Source of the DNA: an uncultured Spirochaetales bacterium
GTDB lineage: Bacteria > Myxococcota_A > UBA9160 > SMWR01
Length of the DNA: 64,000 nucleotides
NCBI GenBank assembly: GCA_964653555.1
Contig: CAZZFT010000010.1
Coordinates: forward strand, 6,389-70,388
Direction: 5' to 3'
The translations under genes were made by a program, and so were the position numbers. The notes beneath the pieces were generated by a model that had not been told where the DNA came from, ran no database searches, and saw only the letters and a list, made by a program, of their open reading frames with translations. Below are positions 34,127 to 41,694 of the stretch, in pieces (position 1 is the stretch's first letter; every line of letters begins with the position of its first letter).

Positions 34127-35117
34127 TCAGCCCGTCACGCGGCGGAGCAGCTCGCCGGCCCGCTCCACGCTGCCCTCCTCGTGGCGTCGGCGGGAAGGTT
34201 CACGATCACCCCGTCGAGCCCGACTCCGAGGACCCGGTCCTGGAGGAACTCGCCGACCGTATCGGCGTCGCCCAGGAGAAGCGCCTGGTCGATCGTCCGC
34301 TGCATGTTCTCGGGGAGCTTCGCGAAGTCGATGCCGCGCCGGTGGAGGAACCCGTCGCGCGCTCTCTCGGCCTCCTCCGGGGTGGGAGCGAGGATCATCG
34401 AGCCGAGCCACGAGACGCCGATGCTCGCGCGGTCGCGCCCGACGTCGGCGCAATGGCGCTCGAGTGCCTCGAGCTTGCGCGGAACGTCCGAGGGCGGACA
34501 CGTCCAGTTGCTCTCGTCGGCGAACTCGGCGACGAGCCGGAGCGTCCGCTTCTCGCCCGTATCCCCGATCAGGATCGGTGGGCCGCCCGCGCGCACGGGC
34601 GGCGGCTCGTTCAGCGCTTCGCTAGCGCGATAGAAGGCGCCCTCGAACGATGGTCGCTTGCCGCGCAGCATGGGATGGATGATCTGGAGTGCTTTCTCCA
34701 GACGGCCGAGCCGCTCGCCGAGCGGTAGGAACTCGAAGCCGTAGCCGCGGTGCTCGACGTCGAACCAGCCGGCCCCGATCCCGGCGAGCGCGCGCCCGCG
34801 CGACACGACGTCGAGCGTGGTGACCATCTTCGCCAGCAGTGCAGGGTTGCGGTAGGTGTTGCCCGCCACCAGGGTCGACAGGCTCACGCGCTCCGTACCC
34901 GCCGCGAGGGCCCCGAGCAGCGTGTACGCCTCGAGCATTAGGCGTCCGGCGGACCGAGCGCGGGTAGCTGGTAGAAGTGGTCCCTCACCAGCACCGTGTC
35001 GAAGCCCGCCTGCTCTGCCCGTCGCGCGATCGAGCCGACGGCCTCGAACAGACCCGCTGCGTCCACGCCGGGGTAGGTGAAGTTCGGGATCTGGAGGCCT
35101 CGGCGAATGACGGGCAT
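34127..35117 (-). pseudogene. LLM-class F420-dependent oxidoreductase (Rv1855c-like), disrupted by at least one frameshift
   Basis: The ATG at 35117 gives 'MPVIRRGLQIPNFTYPGVDAAGLFEAVGSIARRAEQAGFDTVLVRDHFYQLPALGPPDA*', with TAA at 34938-34940. The family sequence continues in another frame from the overlapping ATG (TAATG, 34936-34938) as 'MLEAYTLLGALAAGTERVSLSTLVAGNTYRNPALLAKMVTTLDVVSRGRALAGIGAGW...'. Near 34180-34190 the family-like C-terminus ('HEEGSVERAGELLRRVTG*', ending at 34127) switches frame again. Confidence 0.7.
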
Positions 35118-35204
35118 GGGATCTCTCTTCCGTCGCGGGCGCCGTCCGCCCTTGTATCACTCTCGGCGTGTGCCGATCGGAACGGTTCGGAATCCGCTAG
35201 CGTC

Positions 35205-36251
35205 GTGATCCGGTTGGACCACGAACGACGAGCACTGTGCGCATCGCCGGCGATCGTCGGGGTGCGATGGGTGGTCCTGGCTCTCGGAGCCGGGTTGCTG
35301 ACGCAACCCTCTGGGGCGGGTGACGCCATCTTGCGTCGGGTTGCCGGGATTCCGCTGCCCGGTGTGGTGGGCCGCATCGACCACCTCGCTCTCGATCCGG
35401 CGCACCACCGCTTGTTCGTCGCAGCTGTCGCGGAGGGCAGCGTCGAGGTGCTCGACCTGGCGGAGAATCGCCGGGTCGGCCGGATCGAAGGCCTCTCCGA
35501 GCCGCAGGGTGTTCTCTACCTGCCGGAGCCCCAGAGGCTCTATGTGACGATCGGCGGCGCTGCCGGCGTCGCAGTCCGGAGCGGCGCCGATCTCGCGAGC
35601 ACCGAGCGGATCGCGACCCGGGAGGATCCCGACAACATCCGGTACGAAGCGGGCGCCGACCGGATCTGGGTCGGTGCCGGAAGGGGAGAGCAGGCCGCGC
35701 TCGTGGCGCTGGGTTCCAGCGCCGGAGAACCCCTCTTCGACATCGCCTTGGATGGCCATCCGGAATCCTTCCAGCTCGAGACGAAGGGCTCGCGAATCTT
35801 CGTGAACGTGCCGAGCGAGCAAGAGGTCGAGGTCGTCGACCGCGAGCTGCGCAACGTCGTCACCCGATGGAAGCTCCCCTGCGCCTCGAACTTCCCGATG
35901 GCGTTCGACGAGGAGCGCAAGCGCCTCTTCGTCGTCTGTCGTCGGCCGGCCCGAATCGTCGGTCTCGATACGGACACGGGCCGGGTGGTCACGGAGGGCG
36001 ACGGCCCCGCCGACGCGGACGATATCTTCGTCGATTCCGCCGCCGGCCGTATCTACGTCTCGGCGGGGGAGGGACTCGTCCGCACCTACGATCGCCGGGA
36101 AGGCGATCGTCTTGCGGTGGCCGGCGACGTTCCGACCGGGAGTGGCGCCCGTACGAGCTTGTTCGACACCCGGTCGCGCCGCCTCTACGTCGCCGTGCCC
36201 GCTCGAGACTCCGCGCCCGCCGAGATCCAGGTATTCGACGTCGCGGACTAG
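35205..36251 (+). CDS. secreted seven-bladed beta-propeller protein (YncE/YVTN-repeat-like)
   Basis: Seven spaced repeats of R(L/I)(F/Y/W)V...(V)xD: 'RLFVAAVAEGSVEVLD', 'RLYVTIGG', 'RIWVGAG', 'RIFVNVPSEQEVEVVD', 'RLFVVCRRPARIVGLD', 'RIYVSAGEG', 'RLYVAVPA...IQVFD'. Signal-peptide-like 'RWVVLALGAGLLTQPSGAG'. The start is ambiguous between GTG 35205 and GTG 35262. The track start 34977 overlaps the LLM gene. Confidence 0.7.
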   Translation: MIRLDHERRALCASPAIVGVRWVVLALGAGLLTQPSGAGDAILRRVAGIPLPGVVGRIDHLALDPAHHRLFVAAVAEGSVEVLDLAENRRVGRIEGLSEPQGVLYLPEPQRLYVTIGGAAGVAVRSGADLASTERIATREDPDNIRYEAGADRIWVGAGRGEQAALVALGSSAGEPLFDIALDGHPESFQLETKGSRIFVNVPSEQEVEVVDRELRNVVTRWKLPCASNFPMAFDEERKRLFVVCRRPARIVGLDTDTGRVVTEGDGPADADDIFVDSAAGRIYVSAGEGLVRTYDRREGDRLAVAGDVPTGSGARTSLFDTRSRRLYVAVPARDSAPAEIQVFDVAD

Positions 36252-36343
36252 CGGGGCGCTTCCGCCCGATCCGGGCGGCGCGAAGATGCGGGCCTTCCGG
36301 TGCGCTGGCGAGGGCGAGGGCCTGCGGCCGGAACGGGGTCGCC

Positions 36344-36472
36344 GATCGATCCATATCGATTCACTGCTATCGAATTGATCCAGGCTGAGCGCACTCGGGC
36401 CATTTCCATCGCGCTCCATCGTGCGTATGGGGCGTGAAATGCGAACCGTATTGATTCGTGTAGAATGCGTTT
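36344..36472 (+). promoter_or_regulatory. AT-rich regulatory island upstream of the 36.5-43.7 kb operon
   Basis: A visibly low-GC stretch in a high-GC genome. It has three ATCGA(T/A) cores at 36345, 36355 and 36369 ('gatcgatccatatcgattcactgctatcgaattgatc'). It also has TTGATT (36451-36456) and an extended -10-like TGTAGAAT (36459-36466), just upstream of the first gene (SD GGGAG at 36489-36493, GTG at 36500). Confidence 0.35.
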
Positions 36473-36499
36473 TTGCTTCGACCCGCGCGGGAGCGATCC

Positions 36500-37048
36500 G
36501 TGCCCGCGGGTCCCGCACCACCCCCATCTGAGGCCGAGACGATCGATCCGCGATCTCCCGCAGGCGTCGCGCGCCGCGCCACACGCCGCCGCCCGGACTT
36601 CGAGCCACCCCCGCGCGCGCGGACCGCCCGGCTCGCAGCGGTCCTGCTCGCGATCGCTCCTCTCGCCGCCGCGGCGCAGGTCGATCTCTCGGCGTCGCCC
36701 GAGTCGTCCAGCGACGGGGTGATCCAGGTCCGCTGGTCGGGAGCCGACGGAGTCGTGCTCGAGGAGTCGCGTCGTCCCGACTTCGCAGACGCGCACGAGG
36801 TGTACCGAGGGACCGATCGCTCGACCGTGCTGACGGGTCGCATCGACGGCGCCTATCACTACCGTCTGCTCGCGCTCGACGGCTCCGATCCCATCGCCCC
36901 GGACGTGAACGTGGAGGTCGCGCACCATCCGCTCCCGCGCGCCTTCGCCTTCTTCGGCGTGGGTCTGTTCGTCTTCGTCTGCACGACGGCACTGGTGTTG
37001 AGCGATCCCGATCCCTCCGGGCCGAGCGGGGACGACGCGCATGGGTGA
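36500..37048 (+). CDS. bitopic membrane/secreted protein with FN3-like beta-sandwich segment, unknown function
   Basis: The GTG at 36500 is preceded by GGGAG with 6-nt spacing; the track start at TTG 36473 is an alternative. Has the signal/anchor 'RTARLAAVLLAIAPLAAAAQ', the domain 'VIQVRWSGADGVVLEESRRPDFADAHEVYRGTDRSTVLTGRIDGAYHYRLLA' and the C-terminal TM 'AFAFFGVGLFVFVCTTALVL'. Its stop overlaps the next start by 8 nt. Confidence 0.55.
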   Translation: MPAGPAPPPSEAETIDPRSPAGVARRATRRRPDFEPPPRARTARLAAVLLAIAPLAAAAQVDLSASPESSSDGVIQVRWSGADGVVLEESRRPDFADAHEVYRGTDRSTVLTGRIDGAYHYRLLALDGSDPIAPDVNVEVAHHPLPRAFAFFGVGLFVFVCTTALVLSDPDPSGPSGDDAHG

Positions 37049-38282
37049 TATCCTGCGGATCGACGCGGCCCGGCTCGAGTCGGACATCGCGACGCTGGGT
37101 GAGATCGGTCGCAACGAGGAGCGCGGGCTGAATCGGACCGCCTTCAGCGAGGGCGACATGGCGGGCCGCGCCTGGCTGACGGCGCAGATCGAGAAGGCGG
37201 GTCTGTCGCCTCGGCTCGACGGCGCGGCCAATCTCGGGACGCGGCTGCTCGGGGAGCGGGACGACCAGCCTTGCGTCATGACCGGCTCGCACATCGACAC
37301 GGTTCCGGGGGCCGGACAGCTCGACGGCGCCCTGGGCGTGCTGTGCGGTCTCGAGGTGTTGCGCGTGCTCTCCGCGTCGCGCATTCCGCTGCGGTGCCCG
37401 ATCGAGCTGGTCGCCTTCAGCGACGAGGAAGGCCGCTTCGGCGGGATGCTCGGCTCCCAGGCGATGAGCGGCCGGCTCACGCCCGAGTCGATCCACGCCG
37501 CGCGCGACCTCGACGGGATCCCGCTCGTCGAGGCGATGGCCGAGCGGGGCTACCGCGCGATGGACGCGCTGAAGGCCGAACGCGAGCCCGGCAGCATCCA
37601 CGCCTTCGTCGAGCTGCACATCGAGCAGGGCCCGGTGCTGGACCGCCGCGGGTCCTCGATCGGACTGGTCGACGCGATCACGGGCCTGTTCCGCTGGGAC
37701 GTGCGCTTGATCGGGGAGGCCAACCACGCGGGCACCACGCCGATGGATCTGCGCCGCGACGCCTTCCAGGGCCTGGCGGAGCTGGCGGGCGAGATCGATC
37801 GGGTGCTCGAGGAGCACGGGACCGCGCGCAGCCGCGCGACGATCGGCCGTGTCGATCTGCATCCGGGAGCTGCGAACGTGGTGCCCGGCGAGGCCCGCTT
37901 CGCGCTCGAGGTGCGCGACACCGACGCGCGCACCCTGGAGGAGCTGTCCCACGGCTTCCGCCGTGCGCTCTCGGCGATCGCACGGCGCCGAAACCTGATG
38001 TTCGAGTTCCAGGTGGTGAGCGAGATCGCTCCGGTGAGCTGCAGCGAGCGTGTGATGGAGGCGGTGCGCCGGGCCTGCGGAGAGCTCGGCGTCGAGCCCC
38101 TGGCGATGCCGAGCGGGGCCGCCCACGACACCCAGATGATCGCGGGCATCGCACCGGCCGGGATGATCTTCGTGCCCAGCCGCGCCGGTCGCAGCCACTC
38201 GCCGGCCGAATGGACCTCGCCCAGCGACATCGAGCTCGGAGCCAACGTGCTGCTCCACACCCTGCTGGATCTCGCGTCGTGA
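37041..38282 (+). CDS. M20-family Zn hydrolase: allantoate amidohydrolase / N-carbamoyl-L-amino-acid hydrolase (carbamoylase) type
   Basis: 413 aa. Has 'GSHIDTVPGAGQLDGALGV', 'VAFSDEEGRFGG', 'HAFVELHIEQGPVL', 'ANHAGTTPM' and 'MPSGAGHD'-like 'MPSGAAHDTQ', characteristic of the AmaB/AllC/HyuC subfamily. Confidence 0.9.
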   Translation: MGDILRIDAARLESDIATLGEIGRNEERGLNRTAFSEGDMAGRAWLTAQIEKAGLSPRLDGAANLGTRLLGERDDQPCVMTGSHIDTVPGAGQLDGALGVLCGLEVLRVLSASRIPLRCPIELVAFSDEEGRFGGMLGSQAMSGRLTPESIHAARDLDGIPLVEAMAERGYRAMDALKAEREPGSIHAFVELHIEQGPVLDRRGSSIGLVDAITGLFRWDVRLIGEANHAGTTPMDLRRDAFQGLAELAGEIDRVLEEHGTARSRATIGRVDLHPGAANVVPGEARFALEVRDTDARTLEELSHGFRRALSAIARRRNLMFEFQVVSEIAPVSCSERVMEAVRRACGELGVEPLAMPSGAAHDTQMIAGIAPAGMIFVPSRAGRSHSPAEWTSPSDIELGANVLLHTLLDLAS

Positions 38283-39067
38283 GCAAGCCGACGCCGAGCG
38301 AGCCGAAGCTCGATCCGGAAGACGCCTCCGTGACGGAAGCGGCACACCCCGAGTACCTGAACGTCGACCCGCTGCGCGAGAGCTACCGCGAGGCGTTCAT
38401 CGAGAGCCCCGCCCTTCGCCGCTCGGTCGAGCATCTGAGCACGGCGCTCTTGTGCATCGACATGCAGTACCTCGACGCGGCGCCGGGCGTCGGCGTCTTC
38501 GCCGACGCCGTGGTCTCGGGGGTCGCTCCCGAGGCGCAGGAATACTACTTCGACCGGCTCGACAAGGTGGTACTGCCGAACGTCCGCCGCCTGCAGGAGA
38601 CCTTCCGCGCCGCCGGTCTGGAGGTGATCCACACACGCATCCAGTCGCTGACCCGCGACGGCCGCGACCGCAGTCCGGGCCACAAGCGTCTCGGCCTGCA
38701 CGCGCCTCCGGATTCGAAGGAGGCGGAGTTCCTGGAGGTGGTGGCGCCCCAGGGCGACGAGATCGTGATCGACAAGACGGCCTCCGGCGTCTTCAACTCC
38801 ACCAACCTCTCCTACGTCCTGCGCAACCTCGGGATCACCGGCCTCTTCGTCACCGGCGTCTACACCAACGAGTGCGTCTCCACCGCGATCCGCGACGCGT
38901 GCGACCTGGGCTTCTACACCACGCTGATCTCCGACGGCTGCGCGACCGTCACGCCGGAGCTGCAGGAGGCGACGATCACCACGCTGCGCGATCGCTACTC
39001 CCGGGTGCGCACCACCGAGGAGGCGATCGCCGAGGTCCAGCACCTCGTGGGGCTCGAGCATGGATGA
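38279..39067 (+). CDS. isochorismatase-family cysteine hydrolase (N-carbamoylsarcosine amidase / RutB / nicotinamidase-like)
   Basis: 262 aa. The GTG overlaps the upstream stop (GTGA). The Asp-Lys-Cys triad contexts are visible: 'LLCIDMQ', 'VIDKTASGVF' and 'VTGVYTNECVSTAIRDA'. About 45 aa of N-terminal extension. Confidence 0.88.
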   Translation: MSKPTPSEPKLDPEDASVTEAAHPEYLNVDPLRESYREAFIESPALRRSVEHLSTALLCIDMQYLDAAPGVGVFADAVVSGVAPEAQEYYFDRLDKVVLPNVRRLQETFRAAGLEVIHTRIQSLTRDGRDRSPGHKRLGLHAPPDSKEAEFLEVVAPQGDEIVIDKTASGVFNSTNLSYVLRNLGITGLFVTGVYTNECVSTAIRDACDLGFYTTLISDGCATVTPELQEATITTLRDRYSRVRTTEEAIAEVQHLVGLEHG

Positions 39068-40514
39068 CCTGAGCTCGGCGGTGCTCGATCCGCGCACCGG
39101 GTGGTGGATCCTCGCGGGCTTCAGCGTGCTCTGGGTGGTGCTCGGCGGCTGGCTCGGGCGGGGCTCGGACGACCTCGAGGGGTTCATGCTCGCCGGCCGC
39201 CGGGTCGGTCTCGCCCTCGGCGTGGCGACCGCGATGGCCACCTGGGTCACGAGCAACACCACGATGGCCGCGCCGCAGCTCGCCTTCCAGCTCGGCGTCT
39301 GGGGCATGATCGGATACTCCCTGGGCGCGGTGGGCCTGCTGCTCTTCGCGCCGCTCGCCAAGCGCATCCGCGAGCTGATGCCGGGAGGCTTCACCAGCGG
39401 CGACTTCGTTCGCCTGCGCTACGGCGCCACCGCCTGGCGTGTCTTCCTCGCCATCTCCTTCTTCTACGCCCTCGGCTGGCTGATCTCGATGGGCATGGCG
39501 GGAGGCGTGCTGATCCAGGCGCTCACCGGCATCCCCTACCGCTTCGGAATGAGCGTGATCGTCGCGATCTGCGTGCTCTACACGCTGATCGGCGGCCTGC
39601 GCGCGGTGATCGGCACCGACTTCGTCCAGACCCTGATCATCCTGGTCGGCGTCACGTTGCTGGCGTGGCTGGCGATCGACCGCGTCGGCTTCGGCGTGAT
39701 GCACGACGCCGTCCAGGCCGAGAGCCCCGAGCTGCTCGACCTGCTGATGCCCGCCGCGATCATGTTCCTGTTCAACAACCTGCTCTTCGGCGTGGGAGAG
39801 ATCTTCCACTCGAACGTGTGGTGGAGCCGGGCGTTCGCTTTCCGCGAGGGCGTCGGACGGCCCGCCTACCTGATCGCGGGCTTGCTGTGGATTCCGATCC
39901 CGATCGTGGCCGGCTTCGTGGCACTCACCGTGCCCGCCCAGGGGTTGAACGTGCCGTCCGCCGACATGGTGGGGCCGCTGGTGGCGGCGAACCTGCTCGG
40001 CGAGAGCGGCGCCGTGCTCGTCTTCATCGTCGTGTTCGCCGCGCTCGCCTCCAGCCTCGACTCGCTGCTCGCCGCCACCTCGGACCTCGTGCTCACCGAC
40101 CTCTACAAGGGTCACCTGCGCCCCGACGCGACATCCGACGACCTCGCGCGCGCGGCGCGCTGGGTGGTGCTAGGGCTGGGCGTGGTGACCTGGCTGTTGT
40201 GCCTGCCCCGGCTCGCGACCCTCGCCGAGTTGCTCCACTTCACCGGCGCCTTCGTCGCCAGCACGATCTGGCCGATCGCCGCAGGCCTGTACTGGCGCCG
40301 CGCCAGTGCGGGCGGCGCCGTGGCCGGGATGATCCTCGGCACCACCGCCGGGCTGCTCGCCTACTTCGCGATCGGCTTCTACGTCGCGGCGCTGGTCTCG
40401 GCCGCCGTGTCGATGTGCGCCGTGTGGCTCGCCGCGCGGCTCCGGCCCGACGACTTCGACTGGCTCGCACTCGCAGCGACCGGACCGGTCGCGCAAGAGG
40501 AAACGCGCGCATGA
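39060..40514 (+). CDS. sodium:solute symporter (SSS) family transporter
   Basis: 484 aa with about 13 hydrophobic segments. Has 'FMLAGRRVGLALGVATAMATWVTSNT' and 'SGDFVRLRYG', typical of SSS permeases. The start overlaps the upstream stop by 8 nt. Confidence 0.9.
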   Translation: MDDLSSAVLDPRTGWWILAGFSVLWVVLGGWLGRGSDDLEGFMLAGRRVGLALGVATAMATWVTSNTTMAAPQLAFQLGVWGMIGYSLGAVGLLLFAPLAKRIRELMPGGFTSGDFVRLRYGATAWRVFLAISFFYALGWLISMGMAGGVLIQALTGIPYRFGMSVIVAICVLYTLIGGLRAVIGTDFVQTLIILVGVTLLAWLAIDRVGFGVMHDAVQAESPELLDLLMPAAIMFLFNNLLFGVGEIFHSNVWWSRAFAFREGVGRPAYLIAGLLWIPIPIVAGFVALTVPAQGLNVPSADMVGPLVAANLLGESGAVLVFIVVFAALASSLDSLLAATSDLVLTDLYKGHLRPDATSDDLARAARWVVLGLGVVTWLLCLPRLATLAELLHFTGAFVASTIWPIAAGLYWRRASAGGAVAGMILGTTAGLLAYFAIGFYVAALVSAAVSMCAVWLAARLRPDDFDWLALAATGPVAQEETRA

Positions 40515-40633
40515 CGGCCTCCGTTTCGTTCCTTTCCTGGTTGATCACCGGTGCGACGGTCGTGGCGACGATCGCGCCGGTGGTGCTGATCGTCCTCTGG
40601 ATTCGCGACGCGCGGAGAGGGAACCTGTGGTGA
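40511..40633 (+). CDS. 40-aa single-pass membrane peptide coupled to the SSS transporter
   Basis: The ATG overlaps the transporter stop (ATGA), and its own stop overlaps the next start. Sequence 'MTASVSFLSWLITGATVVATIAPVVLIVLWIRDARRGNLW'. Hand-counted third-position G+C is about 87%, which is coding-like. It is below the track's length threshold as a separate ORF. Confidence 0.55.
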   Translation: MTASVSFLSWLITGATVVATIAPVVLIVLWIRDARRGNLW

Positions 40634-41682
40634 ACGCGAGCCTCGACGCGAAGCTGGCCGACATCCAGAGCGAGCCGGCCCTCGACACCCAGGGCTTCGA
40701 GCGGCCTCGGGCGTTGATGGACGCGGTGTCCGAGAACCTGGCACCGCTGCTCGAGCTGGCGAGTCGACCCGTGATCACGGCGCGTCAGTTCGAACGGGAT
40801 CAGATCGCGCAGCTGTGCCGGCTCGCTGCGCGCTACGAGACCCAGCCCCAGCGGATCATCCGGCCGCTGACCGGCAAGATCCTGGTCAGCGCCTTCTACG
40901 AGCCCAGTACTCGCACGCGGCTCTCCTTCGAGAGCGCCTGGCACCGCCTCGGGGGCGACGTGATGTCGATCACCGACCCGTTGTCGACCGGCATCGCCAA
41001 GGGCGAGTCCCTCCAGGACATCGGGGAGATGCTGAACCACTACGGAGATCTGGTGGTGCTGCGCGACTCCGACGAGCGCGCCGTGTACGAGATGCTCGAG
41101 ACGCTCCGCATCCCCATCGTAAACGGTGGCAACGGGCTCGACGAACACCCGACCCAGGCGCTGGCCGACGTGTACGCGCTGCTCAAGTGGCGCCCCGAGA
41201 TCGCGAGCAGCGGGCTGGAGGCTCCCGCGCGGATCGGGATCATCGGCGTGCCCGGACGCATGCGCACGGTGCGCAGCCTGCTGATCCTGCTGACCCGCTT
41301 CGCGGCGAGCATCGAGGAAGTGGTGATCGTCACCGACGAGGAGGAGCCCTTCTCCGAGGGGCAGCAGAAGGAGCTCGACGAGGGCGGCTTGCGGCTGTCC
41401 GTCTCGAATCGGCTCGACGCGACGCTGCCGCAGCTCGACGTCGTCTACATCAACTCGATCGCCTGGAAGGGTGGCGACTACGAGGAGATGGGCGCGAACT
41501 TCCGTCTCGGCGCCGACTCGCCGCTCAAGCCGGGAGCCATCGTCCTGCATCCCCTCGCGCGCGGCGAGGAGCTCGACACCAGCCTCGACGAGACCCCCCA
41601 CAACTGGTACTTCGCGCAGGCGCGCGGAGCCGTCTTCATCCGCATGGCGTTGCTCTCGGCCATGCTCAAGACCTACGTCTGA
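40627..41682 (+). CDS. aspartate/ornithine carbamoyltransferase-family enzyme, PyrB-like but with altered second-substrate pocket
   Basis: 351 aa from GTG 40627, or GTG 40630 which would give a GTGA overlap. Carbamoyl-phosphate motifs 'EPSTRTRLSFE' and 'DEHPTQALAD', then 'LHPLARG' (PyrB has HPLPR) and the PyrB-like C-terminus 'TPHNWYFAQARGAVFIRMALLSAML'. The segment aligned to E. coli 'DILYMTRVQKER' reads 'DVVYINSIAWKG'. About 40 aa of N-terminal extension. Confidence 0.85.
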   Translation: MVNASLDAKLADIQSEPALDTQGFERPRALMDAVSENLAPLLELASRPVITARQFERDQIAQLCRLAARYETQPQRIIRPLTGKILVSAFYEPSTRTRLSFESAWHRLGGDVMSITDPLSTGIAKGESLQDIGEMLNHYGDLVVLRDSDERAVYEMLETLRIPIVNGGNGLDEHPTQALADVYALLKWRPEIASSGLEAPARIGIIGVPGRMRTVRSLLILLTRFAASIEEVVIVTDEEEPFSEGQQKELDEGGLRLSVSNRLDATLPQLDVVYINSIAWKGGDYEEMGANFRLGADSPLKPGAIVLHPLARGEELDTSLDETPHNWYFAQARGAVFIRMALLSAMLKTYV

Positions 41683-41694
41683 GGAACCCGAACC

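Noticed and set aside
29116-34728. Very long antisense ORFs, for example 29116..34728(+) at 1870 aa, 6041..10126(+), 35157..38345(-), 40240..43473(-), 22237..24948(-), 59851..62565(+) and 16135..17826(+)
   Set aside because: These are shadow frames opposite strongly supported genes. They have extreme Arg/Gly/Pro/Asp composition with 'RRRR'/'GRRG' runs and no recognisable motifs.
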